A stretch of DNA of 64,000 nucleotides from Hydrolagus colliei (taxonomy: Eukaryota), in assembly GCA_035084275.1 (NCBI GenBank), contig CM068756.1, positions 9,238,001-9,302,000 of the forward strand. The letters are read 5' to 3'. The position numbers and the translations under genes are program-made. A model generated the notes under the pieces. That model made no database searches and was not told where the DNA came from. It saw only the letters and a program-made list of their open reading frames with translations. The first letter of the stretch is position 1. Every line of letters starts with the position of its first letter. Below, one piece after another: positions 1 through 14,175 of this stretch.

Positions 1-2703
1 GATCTATGAGCTGTGTTTGTTTCTATCTGAAATAGTGGCATGTCACAGTAAGGGGCTACAACAGTGCAAGTGACATCTTTAGTGTTGAATTAGTTAAAGT
101 TTGTGCTGTTATTTTCTTTGTCTGTTCAAAACTTCACATCTGTGCGACATATTTTTTTTTAAAACAGGCATAGTACCAAGCAGTTGATGTAAAGACCAGC
201 AGTTTATAATGAAAATACAGAATAATTACCCTGAGGCAATATTTATTCATTATGCATACATATTTGTATAATCTGAGTTTACTAATTAATATATTATGTA
301 TACTGTATATCAAGGAGATGAATATTCACCACTATTGTTAATATTAATGGTGATGTAATTTTATTAAAGTATAATATTATTATTGCAGTTGTGATACATA
401 GTCCATTTCAGCATTATAAGATCTGGTCCACATCTTGCAGTCTGGAAGGGTTTAAGAACTGAAACTCATTCCAGTTTGTTAGATTTGAATGAACTTCTAT
501 TTTTATGTGTAACACGGAATTAAATTGTTTAGTGCAGTATTTGAATATTTAACTTGGTGAGCAATTAAATCAATGTAAACCAAATAAAAGCCAAGCCACA
601 TGAAAAGAACATGCTTTACAGGCTTCTTAAAGACACAAACAGGCAGCACAGGATTAATCCATGTTATCGGCCTCTTTCAACCAATGTTTATTACTCCTGT
701 AACACACAGCCATTACATAATATTTAAAATCTCATTAAAATGCAGCTCCTGAGACACAATGAAATGACGGGAGGCAGAAATACAAGGTGCAGTTTTGGAT
801 CGAGGGGCCTCTAGCTCAGTGTGTTTGTTTTCAGTGGAGGTTAATGTGGAAAGCACATGTTATTATGCCACAATACATTTTATAACATAACAATCAAATA
901 GAAATGATAGATAGTCAGCAAAGGACATTTGTGATGTAAATGCGATCCTAGACTAATCCAGCTTTGTACTTTTAAACTGAAAAACCATTTTGTAAAAATC
1001 GTGTGAATGTGTTTCTGATTAGGACACACTCATAATTGTGTGATATTCACTCACCCCCCCCCTCCACACACACACACATATACACATGAACCTCTGTAGA
1101 CATGAGCTCTAAGCAGGGCAGAGGTTATTAGAAGCAGTGTGGGTGTAATATGGATTACGTTTAAAAGTAATAAAAACGAGAGCACTTGGTTACGTGAAAT
1201 ATTTGTCGGTGGATTCCTGAGTGTAGCTTTCTTTCATGTGCAAACTGTATTAAATGAGGCATTTAATTCAACAAATCCAGAGATCTGATCCACCAGAAAT
1301 AGAGACTGGGTTAGTTCAATTTGTAACAAACGATCTCCAGATGATCAAAGTTCTAAGAGATGGTTCCAACATACTGCTTAAATTAGCCTAACACCGCTGC
1401 GCTTGGCAGTGGTACAATATTTGGAATGTCTTACCAGAAGAAAAATTCCTTAGCACACATGGTTCCAATATCTGGGAATACCAGGCTAACTTTTTAATGG
1501 TCTGACAGAGCGCATTGGCGCTAACTTTCTTGACTGCAAGTTCTTGTGCTGTCACCCACAAGCCATGTTGAGATTTTTTTTCTTTTATGAAGGCTGAATA
1601 AGGGGATTGTACGTGAGAACTTCGGTGTCACTCGGCTCCCCTGCCCTAAGTACAAGCAGCTACAATGAAAGCTCTGCTTCTCCTTCTCTGTGACTGAAAT
1701 TGAGCGAAGTGCATGATTGTTTTCAAAAGAATAACTGGGCATTGTATTTTTGAAGATTGTAAAAATCAACTGCAAGTTTAGGGGTTATGGGTTTGTGTAT
1801 CATGATGCAGGTGAGCAATAAATTAGTTACCTGAAAGAGAAGTGATGGACAGTCATGGAATGTAAGCTTCATGATAAACCATATGAGAAAAATTACTTAT
1901 GAGCTGTCTAGATTTACTGAAATATTGTATTTCCTTTCCACAATTTGCAAGGCAGGTGCTCTGTTTGTGTCAAGGAAGTGACGTGGATTCAGAGTGTTTT
2001 TCTTAGTGGCTACTTTTCTTCCGTAAAGGTTCAGGCGATACTTGCTGTGAGATAATGCTGCCCAAAGAGAAATCCTGTGTCAGATATTTTGCATTGCTAA
2101 GCCCCAAGTTGCATCAGACTATTATTATGGATATTGGTGGGCCCAAAGTAGCTTTGACTTCAAGCTACTTCTGTTTCTTTAGGACACAGCTAAAGCTTGT
2201 TCAGTCTTAACTAAAGCACTAGCTGTTATCACTTTCAATGGATGCTTAACCATAGAAGGGTACACTTTCATGTGATAATTCTTCCTCTAAATTTATTGGA
2301 TTTTAAAGGCTTTCTTGCTCTCATTGTTACTGAAGGGTGATTAAACTACTTCAGCATGCTCAAGGCTTATATCTTGAACCTTCATCAGTTAACAGATGGA
2401 GAGATCCTGAAGCAACCAGACTTAAACAACACTTCAGATAAGAAAAGCACTGAAATCCCAACTATTTTCTGTTTATGGAAAAACTTCATTTGGTATTTAT
2501 AGGTATATATCAGAACCACAAAATACACTTGCTAAGTAGCCAGAAGCAAGTTACTTTCAAGCTTTGCAAGGTCAAAGAAAACTCCCCACTCACTAGCTCC
2601 GCACCTCCAGCTCTAATCTTCATTGTGTGCTAGCTTTCTCAATATTTGATTCTCTTTGCTCTCTTAGCATGCGCTCTCTGAAGACCAACTCGTTCTCAAT
2701 ACG

Positions 2704-2765
2704 ACAACAACAAAATTATATTTGTATAGTGCCTTTCAAGTTGGATGTCCCAACGCGCTGGACAC
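2704..2765 (-). mobile_element. L2-type LINE 3' tail fragment
   Basis: acaacaacaaaattatatttgtatagtgcctttca...gtcccaacgcgctggaca, same tail as the L2 copies at 6899 and 47699. Confidence 0.6.
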
Positions 2766-3062
2766 TCAGTGTTTCTGACCCGAGCAATAAATGGGGCCAT
2801 CAACGATAGTTATGCAAGCCAGTGTTGAATAGAGATTTCTCAGAGAGAACCTTATTATAGATTTGTAAACTGTTAATTGGGATTAAGAAAATAAACCCAG
2901 AACAATACTTTCAGATATAATCAACAACAGAAGTCAAGGGTGGGTATTGTTGAAGGATGGGATCAAATTTTTTCCATCCAAACCTCTCTTGTGATCTTGG
3001 GACATGCTTATTCTTTTTTTCTAGGAATTAGTTTCTTTGATTTATACCTGAATAATAGTATT

Positions 3063-3356
3063 GGACTTCTGTAGCTCAGTGGTTAGAGCACTTGCCTTAA
3101 AAGCAAGGGTTCAATTCCTGGCAGGGCAAAACCTTGGGCAAGTTTCCCTACTAAATGCCTAATAATAATCCATCAAAAAAATTGGTCATTTCAATCCATG
3201 ACTGTTTATGGGACACTGCTGTGCGCAATTTGGCTGCTGCATTTCGCCCACATATATGCAGTCAATTCACTTTACAGTATATTCTGTAAAGCACTTTGAG
3301 ATTCCTGGAAGACGTGAAAAACACTATCAAGCGCCAGAATTATTATCATTATTATT
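3063..3356 (+). mobile_element. tRNA-derived SINE, near full length (SacSINE1/DeuSINE-like 3' part, (ATT)n tail)
   Basis: A-box TAGCTCAGTGG, B-box-like GGTTCAATTCC, body tgggacactgctgtgcgcaatttggctgc, (ATT)n tail; many copies in the window. Confidence 0.88.
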
Positions 3357-4085
3357 GTAGTTAGTGCAAGTTAAAGTTGGATTAATTCAGACGTAGGCCT
3401 GTGCATGAGGCATTCAGTGATGCTTAAAACATTTTTTTTTATCAGTACAGTATTTTAATAGAATAACTGACTGGGAGATTGAATCTTACACAGGCCTATT
3501 CAGATGGTTCTGGAGAGCTCAGCATGCAAGCCACAATCCAATCTGTATGTATCTGTGATGCATCCAATGACTAGTAGACATTAGTTTTAGGATTATTGTA
3601 CATTAAACACATTTACATGAAAACTAAAACTACTTGTATGGTTGAGGCCTGCATTTGTGAGGAAGCTATGAGCTGTGATGTACAATGAATATGTGACAAA
3701 ATGCATCAACAAATAACAGGAAAATAATGTGTATATAATGGGTAAAGCAATGCCGACTTTTATGAAATAAGGAAGATCACGCCTATAGTTTTGGGTAGAA
3801 ATAAATGTACAGTAAATATATTGTAGAAGATCCTTGTTGTAAGAAGACTATGCAAGATGATAGACTTCCCTATGTTCTTGATTGCAATAGGAATTCTTCT
3901 CGGATATTTTTGATTTTTCATCTCATTCTTCAGGCCAACAAGCTAACATGGGATAAGAAAAGGTCATTTAGCCTTTTAACCCTTGAGACTATCATTGTCT
4001 GTTTGTCCTACTCTGTACTCGGTCAGTTTCTTGAGGGAATTTACTACAATGATTCTCCTGGATGCACTATTTATCTTTGTGAAAT

Positions 4086-4386
4086 CCTGTAAGAGCACTT
4101 GCCTTACAAGCGTGAGACCTGTGTTCTAATCCAGGCAAGTCAGGGCGAAACTTTGGGCAAGTTTCCTTACTCCACACTCCTAATAATAATCCGTCAAAAA
4201 AAATTAGTCATTTTAATCCATGACTGTTTGTGGGACACTGCTGTGGGCAATTGGCTGTCGCGTTTTGCCCACAAATACACAGTCAATTCACTTTTCAGTA
4301 TATTCTGTGAAGCACTTTAAGACATTTAGAAGATGTGAAAAGTGCTATATCAAATGCAAGGATTATTATTATTTATTTTATTATTA
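4086..4386 (+). mobile_element. Same SINE family, near full length
   Basis: Colinear with the copies at 3063 and 23568; ends caaatgcaaggattattatt. Confidence 0.88.
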
Positions 4387-6686
4387 CCTTCTATGTTAAT
4401 CAGCTCTGATTAATTTCTTTGTTTCTTGGGGTATTTTTCAAATTTCATGTGCATTTTCTACATATCCCTCCCTGTTTTCGCCTAATTCCACTGCCCCAAA
4501 TGTTGTACTGTACAGAGTTTCGTTTTTAGAAGCAATCTAATCCCTGTCAGAGTGGGAGTCACAAATGTGAAGACACATGACTGTCCCTAAAGAGAGAATG
4601 CTCTTTTGGTGTAAATACTGGCTGATGGAATTTCTAAGGGTTAAAAATGATTTTGCTGAAATGAGTCAAAGAATCTGCCAAAGGATGTTAACTTTAAATG
4701 AATACAAAACATTGGAACATTTGCTTTTGATCAAACGCTTTTAATCACCTTTAAAATGCACAGAAGCTTTGACTTTCAAGTCCAAAATGCATTTTTTTTA
4801 AAAAAAGCTTCTTCAAACCTTTGCTCTCCCCTTGATAACAGTTCAGCTGTGATGTGTACATGTCATCTTTAAAGTATGGAACTAATTGATGGAAATGTTG
4901 AGCTCTTACTGAGGTTAACAGGGCGGATAAATAAAAACTCCATATTACATAAATCTACATTGCCAACATCAAAGCAACAGGATCCAACTTAAGTGTATTT
5001 GGATAATGCAGTAATTTATGCAGAAGTGCCCTGCGCTAGGCAGGTTTTCACTGTTCCAACAAAGCGCCTTTGATAAATACCCCTAATTTATTGTCATGTA
5101 CCTTAAATCAAAGTAAAACATTTACAGCCTGTGTGTTGAAGTAATACAGAAGTCCCATCAGTTTAAGTGAATGCAGAGGCTTATCTTCTAAAACCCTCAG
5201 GTTTCAATAATGAAAGGTAAGATTAGAATATTACAACATTTGACTGAGGTTGTATTCTGCATCTCAGATTGGGAAATTCAAAACACCTGAGGTTGAAAAA
5301 GAAAATATTCTTTATAGTGGCACGCCTGTGGAATTTATTCTTTTAAAAAGGAAAATGAGGTTTCAAAACAATTGACATCCTTCTGTTCAAAAGATCTAAA
5401 AAGTATTTTTCTCGTGTTTGAAAACAATTGGAACAAAATAAAACAAAATGAAAACCAGCGGGAGAGGAAGGAGCTGGTAAATTAATCAGAGGTGTTCAAA
5501 CAATTTTTTTGTTAAGAGCTTATAAATGGACTTTGGGGGGTTGATGGAGAATTTTAAAGGTGTGATCTGCATTGGGTGGTACTTTCTTTTACACACATGC
5601 ATGTTTGAACAGTAACCTAAGTAGACCAAGCTCAAACTGCTTTAAACTTGGGAAGACAGATTTCGACAAATTCCCTAATTTCCACTCTTCCATCAAGGGA
5701 GAATATAATTTCAGTCAAGAACTGATAAGATCTGTTCCATTTCTTGCCAAAGAAAAGTTGATCTTAACATGATTTTCTAAGAGGGGAGAATCATTTTTCT
5801 AAGTGGACTGGGAGATCTTAAAAAACATGAGTAGATTGCGTGGGTAGAGCATCATTTCTGTGCTTAAAAGACTATGGTGTATGTGTGCAAGTTAATTGAA
5901 TGATGTTAAATTGTCACAATTGTTTTATTGAATACTAAAATTGGCTAGTTTATCCATTCAAGCAAACAAATGTGTCTTATAATTTTTGGCTGAGCCAAAA
6001 CTTTTTCTTTAACCCTTAAATTGTGTTTTCAATTTTATTTCTGACTGCTAGGCCCCCATGAAATGCCATCTTCCCAATGTAATTTAATTTAACCACACAC
6101 AGCTTTCGTAACTTTAAAACATGCTTGTATTGCGTGCACCTCTGCACTTCTCCTTAAAAGCTCAAATAAAAAGCAGAACATGGTTTAAAGCGCCACATCT
6201 GTTGGACAGTGTATTACAGTATTTAAACTGTGTGAGGAATGTTATGGTTTCCCTCTGTGTGTCATATGGAGCCTAACTATTCCAACCAGCTATACGTTGT
6301 TAATGTTTATACCATGGTGAGGCTTTCTCGACTCAGTTGGATTTCTGTACCTTAATTCAATATTTGGGTGTGTGATTTTTCAAGACAAGTTATATGGCAA
6401 ATCGCTCGGGCACCAAACAGCATGACGCATCCACTCGCTTATGTTTACGTGTTTCCCCCCAACCCATGAATCGATGCCCCATTATAGCTGACAATTCTGT
6501 GTCCTTTCGGTTGGCCACTGACTGTGAGACTAATTGAAATGACTTCATAGCCTCCTTATTAGTCTCTGTGACTTACTCGAGCTCGGACCACAATGCAAAC
6601 TGTAGTCACAATGGCACACCCACCGAGTAATGGTCACCATATTTTCTCAATGCTTTTACCTGTTGTGTATTATAACCTTCATAGTC

Positions 6687-6858
6687 TAATAATAATCCTT
6701 GCATTTGATATAGCTCTTTTCACGTCTTCTAGATGTCTCAAAGTGCTTCACAGAATATACTGTAAACTGAATTGACTGTATAGTTTTGGGGGTAACGCAG
6801 CAGCCAATTGTGCACAGCAGTATCCCACAAACAGTTGTGGATTGAAAATTACCAATTT
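6687..6858 (-). mobile_element. SINE, 5'-truncated
   Basis: aataataatccttgcatttgatatagc...cagccaattgtgcacagcag is the reverse complement of the family 3' half. Confidence 0.85.
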
Positions 6859-6898
6859 ATTTTTGTTTTTATTTGGCCAATAATTTAAATTTAAAGAA

Positions 6899-7310
6899 AA
6901 CAACAACAAAATACATTTGTATAGTGCCTTTCACGTCCCAAGGCACTGGACAGTCAGGGATGTGGACTGGAGCAAGACGTTGGGATCAGGAGGGGTGGAG
7001 TAGAGATGGGGTAGTGGGTGGCCGAAGGCATGGTTGAAAAGGAGCGTCTTGAGAAGTGGCTTGAAGGAGGCAAGGAGGGGAGCCAAGCAATGGGACTGTG
7101 GGATGGAGTTCCAAAGGGCAAGGGAAGCGAATCTGAAGGGCCGACCACCGATGATGCATCGGGCTGGACATCGACCAGGTCAGAGTCTGCTTAGTGGAAG
7201 GAGTGGACAGGTTAATAACCATATTAATAGTCACAGAGGTAGGATAAAACAAGGCTGTGGAGAGCTTTAGAGGGTAGGATGAGGATTTTGAACTTTATCT
7301 TCTGATGAAC
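6899..7310 (-). mobile_element. L2-clade LINE 3' fragment
   Basis: (TTG)n tail plus purine-rich body similar to 47699-48090 and complementary to 15148-15513. Confidence 0.75.
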
Positions 7311-7325
7311 CCATAGAATGTTGTA

Positions 7326-7678
7326 CAGTAAAACCTTCATTATCCGGCACCCTCGGGACCTGCCCGGTTAATTGAATATGCTGGCTATTCGAGCAGCAAG
7401 TTGCTGAAAATCCTACACAAAAAATTAACTTGTTTTAAAACATACCGTATTAATAATAGAATAAATAATAACAGAATATTGTATGGATACTTACCAATAA
7501 AGCATTCCAGCTCACTCTGTAAAATGATCGGTAAAAAAACATTCCAGCGTTCAGTAAGTTTAAAAAGAGCACATACATGCACAATGTGAGCATGCCGCGA
7601 GTGTCCCAATACAATTGGGAGATACCGGTTGGTTGAGTATGCCGCTCAGTTGGGTACCGGATAAACAAGGCTTTTTAG
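7326..7678. mobile_element. Tc1/mariner (Tigger/pogo-like) MITE, copy 1
   Basis: TA|CAGTAAAACCTTCATTATCCGG ... CCGGATAAACAAGGCTTTTTAG|TA: imperfect TIRs, TA flanks; second copy at 30801-31195. Confidence 0.8.
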
Positions 7679-8716
7679 TATTTTAAGCTAAACATTATAT
7701 GTTACCTCGGTCAAAACTGTTTTTGGCTCAACCAATCTTCCTTTCAATGCAACAAAAATACTGTCCTCTGCCAGTCTACTTTTTTTTAGGTAGATGAGAA
7801 GGGATTGATCCATACATTACTTGTATTAAAGAATGAGTGGTAGTAAAATTGGTTTCACTGAGAATCCGAAAGCTAGGATAAAATAGTTCCTGGAAGCCAG
7901 ATCTTCATCATCCAGGCTTAATCTATGTTAGACACTAAAATCCCCTTGAAAAATGTGTTTTAAATAACTTGTGGGATGCGGCTTTATGATCAATTGCTTC
8001 AGCCACAGTGCGGAGATACTGTATTCGATTTGATTTCCCTTTGTTGACAAATTCAAATCCCAGGTTCATGAATGTAAAATATATTTTTCCGCTCATCAAG
8101 TTTCTCCAGCAAACTGCCTCTTTGTTTCTGAATGAATGACTTTAAGTACTAAAGTGCCTATGATTGGGGGCAGTGTTGTGCATACGTAACAACTTATCTT
8201 ATTTATTGATAGCATGAGTTATTTTTAAAATCATGTTAAAACTACTACTCTGCTGTTACGTTTCTGGTTACTTTAATACACAGATCTTAGTGAGGCAGCA
8301 CTGTTGCAATAAAAGCCAAATGGTGCCTTTTTATTAAAAAAAACTAATGGATAAGAGGATCGAGTACTCCCAGAAATTTAAGTGTGTGCATCCAGTTTCT
8401 ATTATTTTTCATTAATCTGAAAAAAGGTTTATAAATACAATATTTGTGTAGGCTTATGATGCTTTCTGTAATGGAAATGGAGTCGATAATTTGATTTTGG
8501 TTCATATCACCAAAATTGTGATCTCAATTTTAAAATACTCCACTTCATTCTGTGTTTGGAACATTACAGGCAACTCTAAAATGAGAGTTGTACCAAATGT
8601 ATTTATTTCCATTTGCAATGACAGTGTTTGCCAATGTTGTGGAAACTTTAGTTCAAATAAACAAGTGGAGGGTAGTAATTATACACAACATGTACAGTAA
8701 TATGCACAGAGCTAAA

Positions 8717-8790
8717 ATTAAAAACCACAAATGCTGGAAATCTGAAATAAAGACAGTAAATGCTGGAAATGATCAATCAGCATCTGGAAA
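8717..8790 (-). mobile_element. Penelope-like repeat remnant
   Basis: aaatgctggaaatctgaaataaagacagtaaatgctggaaat is the reverse complement of the motif at 30150-30200. Confidence 0.5.
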
Positions 8791-10854
8791 TATAAGCCAG
8801 GTTTGCGTTTGCAATATAACCTCACTGTTTTGTGCATTGTATGTAATTGAGTGCAATGCGTGCAGCAGAAGCATTGGGAAAGTGAATAAAAAGTGAATGT
8901 GCAGGGAAGCAAAACTGGGTGAACAATCCATTTTTGCACATGTTTCAATCTTTTAATATTTATTAATGGTGTGTCTTGGCTTGCCGAACGTTTACTGTTT
9001 ACAAGATGTTTAGCGAATCCCCCCGATAGTGGATATTATTGCAATTCTTTCAGCTTCTCTCTGCGTGGTCCTTAGCAGGGAAAACCCAAGCTTTAATTGG
9101 GGCTTAATGATAAGTAAGGTTTTAGCAGTTGGGCCCACTGTATTAATGAAAGTAACCAGGTAATCCAGCTGAACATTTATTTGCCTAATGTTTTTTAAAT
9201 GGAGATATTGCTTGTACAGTAGTAAAAGGAAAGATTATTGAGGCTACCTTGACCCTTCTTTATTATAGCAATAAAATGCTACAAAAGTAAGATAACCAAA
9301 TCTCTGGTGGCTTACGAGAAGCTTATTCTCACTAATTGCTTTATTACACATTTAATCATGAAATTTGTTTTAAAGGCGAGTTGTGTGTTATACATAACAA
9401 ATATATGGTGTGAATTCCACTGACTGCCAAAGTATTGAACAGTAAACTAACATTTTAGTGTGAGGAAATAGAATTGACACTCCCCTTAAACACGCACAAG
9501 CTATCACTTGCATTGCTTTGTGGCTTGTTACAAATTCTTAGGTGTAGATTTGAGTATTTGCCCACTGACATTGGCAACTTTATTGCCGATCAGAGAATTG
9601 TCTGCATTGTTTCCACAGAAGCCTGATAATGAGCAAAATATAGGGGGAAAAGTAGCTCTGAACATTTAAGTACATGTTGCCACATTAAAGCTAGGACCTA
9701 ACTGCATGACCGGTGTTCCTTTATAAAGTAAAGACTGTTTTTTAACAAGGGCTCAGTCTGAACATACTTAAGGAGTAACAGTGATTAAGGATGTACATTC
9801 CTTACCACAAAACCTTTGAGAACCCTGCTTTGGTAGTTCACAAGAATGACAAAGAAGCTTTGGCTGGGTCATTGAAAACATGTGTGCATTTAATTCTTGT
9901 TGCTAAAGTAGAAAATGACATTAGCAGGGTCTGACCTTCTAGCAGAACATGGCTCCTTATTTGTGTAGGCCCAACATTTTTCTCTTTCACTCCCCCCTCC
10001 TCCTCTCCCCTTTCCTCTCTCTGGTACTTATTGATAGCAGCAGCATAAATGCCTACAGTATGCATTATTTTAAATACTTTCTAATTTCTTAATAGTACAA
10101 TCATAGAGATCAAATTTACACCTGAGAAATTGTGGGCTGTTTAATAAACTACAGGAAAATGTATTTTAAAATTGACTGCCCTTAGGCCAGCATAATTGCA
10201 AGCTACATTTGCGATGCTGTAAATTACACTGCTCAGGAAATTCAAAGAAAGATTGCAAGGAAAGGTTGGGCTTAATATTGAGGAGGCGTTCAAGGGTTGG
10301 AGCAGTCACCACTGTGCTCACAGTTTGCCTGAAACCAAAGTTGGCAGAAAACCAACTATATCTGAGAAGCATTCATTTATTTCAAAAGCAAAATATTGGA
10401 ATTTGAGGGGAGTTGGGAAAAACATATTTAGAACACATTTTGTTTGTGTTAAATGATCCTTTTGGATGACATGTAGAGGTAATAGTAACTGGACAGTATC
10501 ATAATTACACACATAATAACTGAACTCCATTTTCTTCTAAATAGCCGTCACTTTTTTAAAACACTCAAAACATTACACATAATTTTATTCGGCATTACCC
10601 TTATAAATTAGTCACTTCTGGGGAAGAGACGTATTTATTTGGCGCATAATAAATGCAGGGATGGATGTCAATGCAGGGAAATGGAACAGATAGGGATTTT
10701 TGCAGCAGGTCTTACAATCAGACATTATAGCTCAACTTGGATGTTGTGTAAAGCTCACTCTGCTGCACCAAACAATGGGTGTAAACTCCACTCTCAGAAG
10801 ATCTCACCCGTTCCTCTCCCACTGGACCAGTGTGGGATTTCCACGCCTCGTTGC

Positions 10855-11200
10855 CTGGGACAATAGAAAAGTGCGGAAATAATTTCCCCAAATTGCTTGG
10901 GAATTTGCAAATTTTGCGGCGAGTTGTTTGGTGTTGTTGAGGTACATTTTGCTACCAATCTACATTTTTCCTTTGAGTTGATTTAAAAACTAAACATGAA
11001 GAAATAACACATTAGATGTGTGAGAATTAGGGTATTCGTGCCAGATCTCTCGCAGGTCCGTCACATTGCAGTGCTTCTAACCACCTCACCCACAGTGACT
11101 TCGGGTAAAACGTACTTTTTTTGTGTGGGTTTATAGCGGCGGACGCTGTTTATAGCGGATTCTGCAGAAAAATTGCAGCCGCACTTTTCTATTGGCCCAG
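10855..11200. mobile_element. hAT-type non-autonomous DNA transposon (MITE)
   Basis: 22-bp TIRs CTGGGACAATAGAAAAGTGCGG / CCGCACTTTTCTATTGGCCCAG (1 mismatch); 8-bp TSD CTCGTTGC (10847-10854) / CTCATTGC (11201-11208). Confidence 0.85.
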
Positions 11201-11542
11201 CTCATTGCCAACCATACTGTAGTCTGTTTGAATAAGATACTAATTTAGTACCAACACGTGTTGAATTGTGAGCAGCTTTATGGTGTGGACTTGAGCCCAA
11301 TAGGAACTTTGAAACAAAAACCTGGCCAAACTATATTTTATAACCTTGCAGCAGACAGACAGAGGCAAAATGACAGTGAGTGCAAACCATAGGCAGTTCA
11401 ACCTCGATTCCAACATTGGTCAGAAATTGAAAGTGCTAATTCACTGTGACATTCAATTCCCCAGCAAATGGATAAGGATGATCGCAACACATTTTTTTTC
11501 TATGTAGCCATGAGTGGAGACATTCTCTTTTGTATATCTTCT

Positions 11543-11652
11543 CCCCCACAAAATACAGTTAATCCATTTTACAATATATTCCGTGAAGCGCTTTGAGACA
11601 TCTCGATAATGTGATCAGGCACTATATCAAATGCAAGGTTTATTATTATTAT
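11543..11652 (+). mobile_element. SINE 3' tail fragment
   Basis: gtgaagcgctttgagacatc...atcaaatgcaaggtttattattatt. Confidence 0.8.
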
Positions 11653-13139
11653 GGGTTAGATGTAAGGGTTCCTCTACATGTAACAAGCATAAATGGAAAA
11701 GAAACTATGTTTCAAAAAAGGTGAAATTAATAAAAATTGGACAAGAGAATGGGAGGTGAAAAAATATTTTAAAATACGTTTCTCTTTCCCCAATGCTGAA
11801 GGAACTTGAAAGCATTGCAGTCAACTCTGACCCTGGCTTCGCTGAATTGCCGATCACAAGATTGGTTTGGATAAAGAAGGCCCTTCAGCCCCTCTGTACT
11901 CATCACTTTCTCTACAATACCACCCCTGTCATCCTCCCATGGCTCCATCAATCTGCTTTTCAAATGAGTCCAATTCCTGACTTCAACTACCATCTTGGCA
12001 ATCAGTAATTATCCTCTGGGTAAAGAAAAACTTTTTTCAATCCCATTTGAAATGTTATACCTTTATAAAGTTGTCCTCTCTCAAAATTAAGAGCCATGGC
12101 GTTTCCAATTGTTGCTCATAGTTTGTTCTTTTTAGACTGTATACTTATAGCCTTGTTGTTTTTATTCAAAGTATCTATGTTTGAAATCTAACATTAAAAT
12201 TGTATTATGGTAGCTTCTGACATTTCAGAGGTTTTATTACTGTTATAGTGTCAGAGTTCAATAAATGAAAATGAGCTAAACCCATTAGCCCATGAAATAG
12301 GATTTCCTTGGACCTGCTAGTCATCCAAGGGTTAATAGTCTGCTCCATGCACAGATTTTTCCTATTAATTTCTGCAGTATTAAATTCCTCTTTGCAGCAA
12401 GCTGTTTCATTTAATAAACACTTTTCTTCCTGCCTGCAGTGCACCCCAGTGATCCAAAGTGAACTTGTACTCTTTTTGCCCCTTAACAGTATTTGTGGCC
12501 CATGTTCATTCAACAAAGGTTTGGAATGCGTCGAAGGCTTATTCTTAATAGCAGAACATGAGTTGGTGGGTCATGTCACTTCAATGCCAGAAAGGCCATG
12601 GGTTATCCCATTCTGGGATTCAATTGTTACCCATTAATTTTGTTTTTATGAATGGACAACTTATGAGCAAATAGTTTCATGTGAACATACCATCAAATGT
12701 TTGAACAAAATAAGATTGACATACATACAATAGTATGGAGATCTTAGAAGAAAAAAAATGGAATGGAAAGGTTATATGTATTGTAAAATTGTACTGACAA
12801 ATGCTAATATTGAAGCATTTAGGTTGGTGAACACTTAAGTATTGGCATTCTAACCTTAAAGGCAGTGTGCTGTCTCCTCTTGTCATTTCAGGCAGATTTA
12901 TAATTTTCAAAATAGTCTGGAACAGCTCGGATTGCTTCCAGAAGTGGCGATCTCAAAACAGCAGGAGCATGCTCTTGCGGGATGCACAGTAGTTTCTATG
13001 ATGATGTCCTGCTCATTGAGGATGTCGTTGGGTCAAACTGTTTACGTTCGAGTCTTGTTTGCAAGCAGGCAAATTGATGACATGACATAAACCTCCTCCT
13101 TGGAGAAATGGGCTGGCTTGAGAATTTATCACAATCTAA

Positions 13140-13460
13140 CTATTATGGGACACGGCACCTGAGTGGGATTTGGGGGTACGACTGATGAGATCAATAAACC
13201 CATCAGCACAAAGTGTGATGTCAGTAAATAAAGCAAATAGCATCTTGAGGTGGCTGATTGATAGACAAATCACTTCAACAGAACTGATGCTGAACTTGTA
13301 CAAAGCCCCGAGCTGTTCCCACCTGGAGTATGGTATACAGTTCTTGTCAATATTGTACAATAATGCCATCTTGACATTGGGGGGAATACAGCAGAGAGCA
13401 ACTAGATAGATAGCTGGAATGAGGCAACTCAGTTATGAGTGAGGCTATGGAACAGTAGAA
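13140..13460 (+). mobile_element. CR1-clade LINE ORF2 C-terminal remnant (degenerate)
   Basis: Translation KANSIL...MLNLYKA...HLEYGIQF...IQQRATR matches the CR1 ORF2 motif KAN..LG/LY..LVRPHLEY.VQFW/VQRRAT. Confidence 0.8.
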
Positions 13461-14062
13461 CACTGATGCTTTTCACAGGTGAACAAATGTGCAGCCAGTT
13501 GCACACAGAAATGTCCCACAGCAGTCATGAAGCAAATGACCAATTTTATCAGTTGGTTGTTATTCAGAACATCACATTGGAAGGATGCACCTCTGCTCTG
13601 TTCAAAGTCCAGGCGTGAAGCTTGAATACATAACCTTTGGACTGAGAGGCAAGAAGGCAGCCTAGTCAATATTTAATTGAACTATTCAAGACCATAAAAC
13701 AAGGTGAGCTAAACACAAATCATATATCAAAAGTGGTTAAAAATCTAACCAACGGGAGAGAAACTCAAAGCTCAAAAGAGAGAAGGTGCCCAGAGAGTTC
13801 AGATTTATTTATTTTACACCTAACAGTGATTATGTGCAAGATAAGTCAGGGCGGGGGATTGTGTCAGCAGATTCAAGAAGGAATTATTTGGTGAATAATT
13901 CAATTGAGGGGTATGAGAGAGATGGTGATATTTAATGTTTATATTGAATTATTGGCCAGATAGACGGCAATGTATTTTCCATTCGTGTACATTCCCAATG
14001 ATTGTTGGAAAATATTACTTGGTATTACATTTTTTTTGCAAAAAATAAGTGAGAAGAAATCA

Positions 14063-14175
14063 ACCACAATTATACAGTCAATTTATTTTACAGTATTCTA
14101 TGAAGCGCTTTGAGACATTGATAAGATGTGAAAAGCGTGATATCAAATGCAAGGATTATTATTATTTTTGTTATT
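14063..14175 (+). mobile_element. SINE 3' fragment
   Basis: Family tail atcaaatgcaaggattattatt. Confidence 0.82.

Noticed and set aside
3063-3125. tRNA-like sequence (also at 23568-23635 and 42231-42265)
   Set aside because: These are SINE heads that continue into SINE body or are truncated; no complete cloverleaf.
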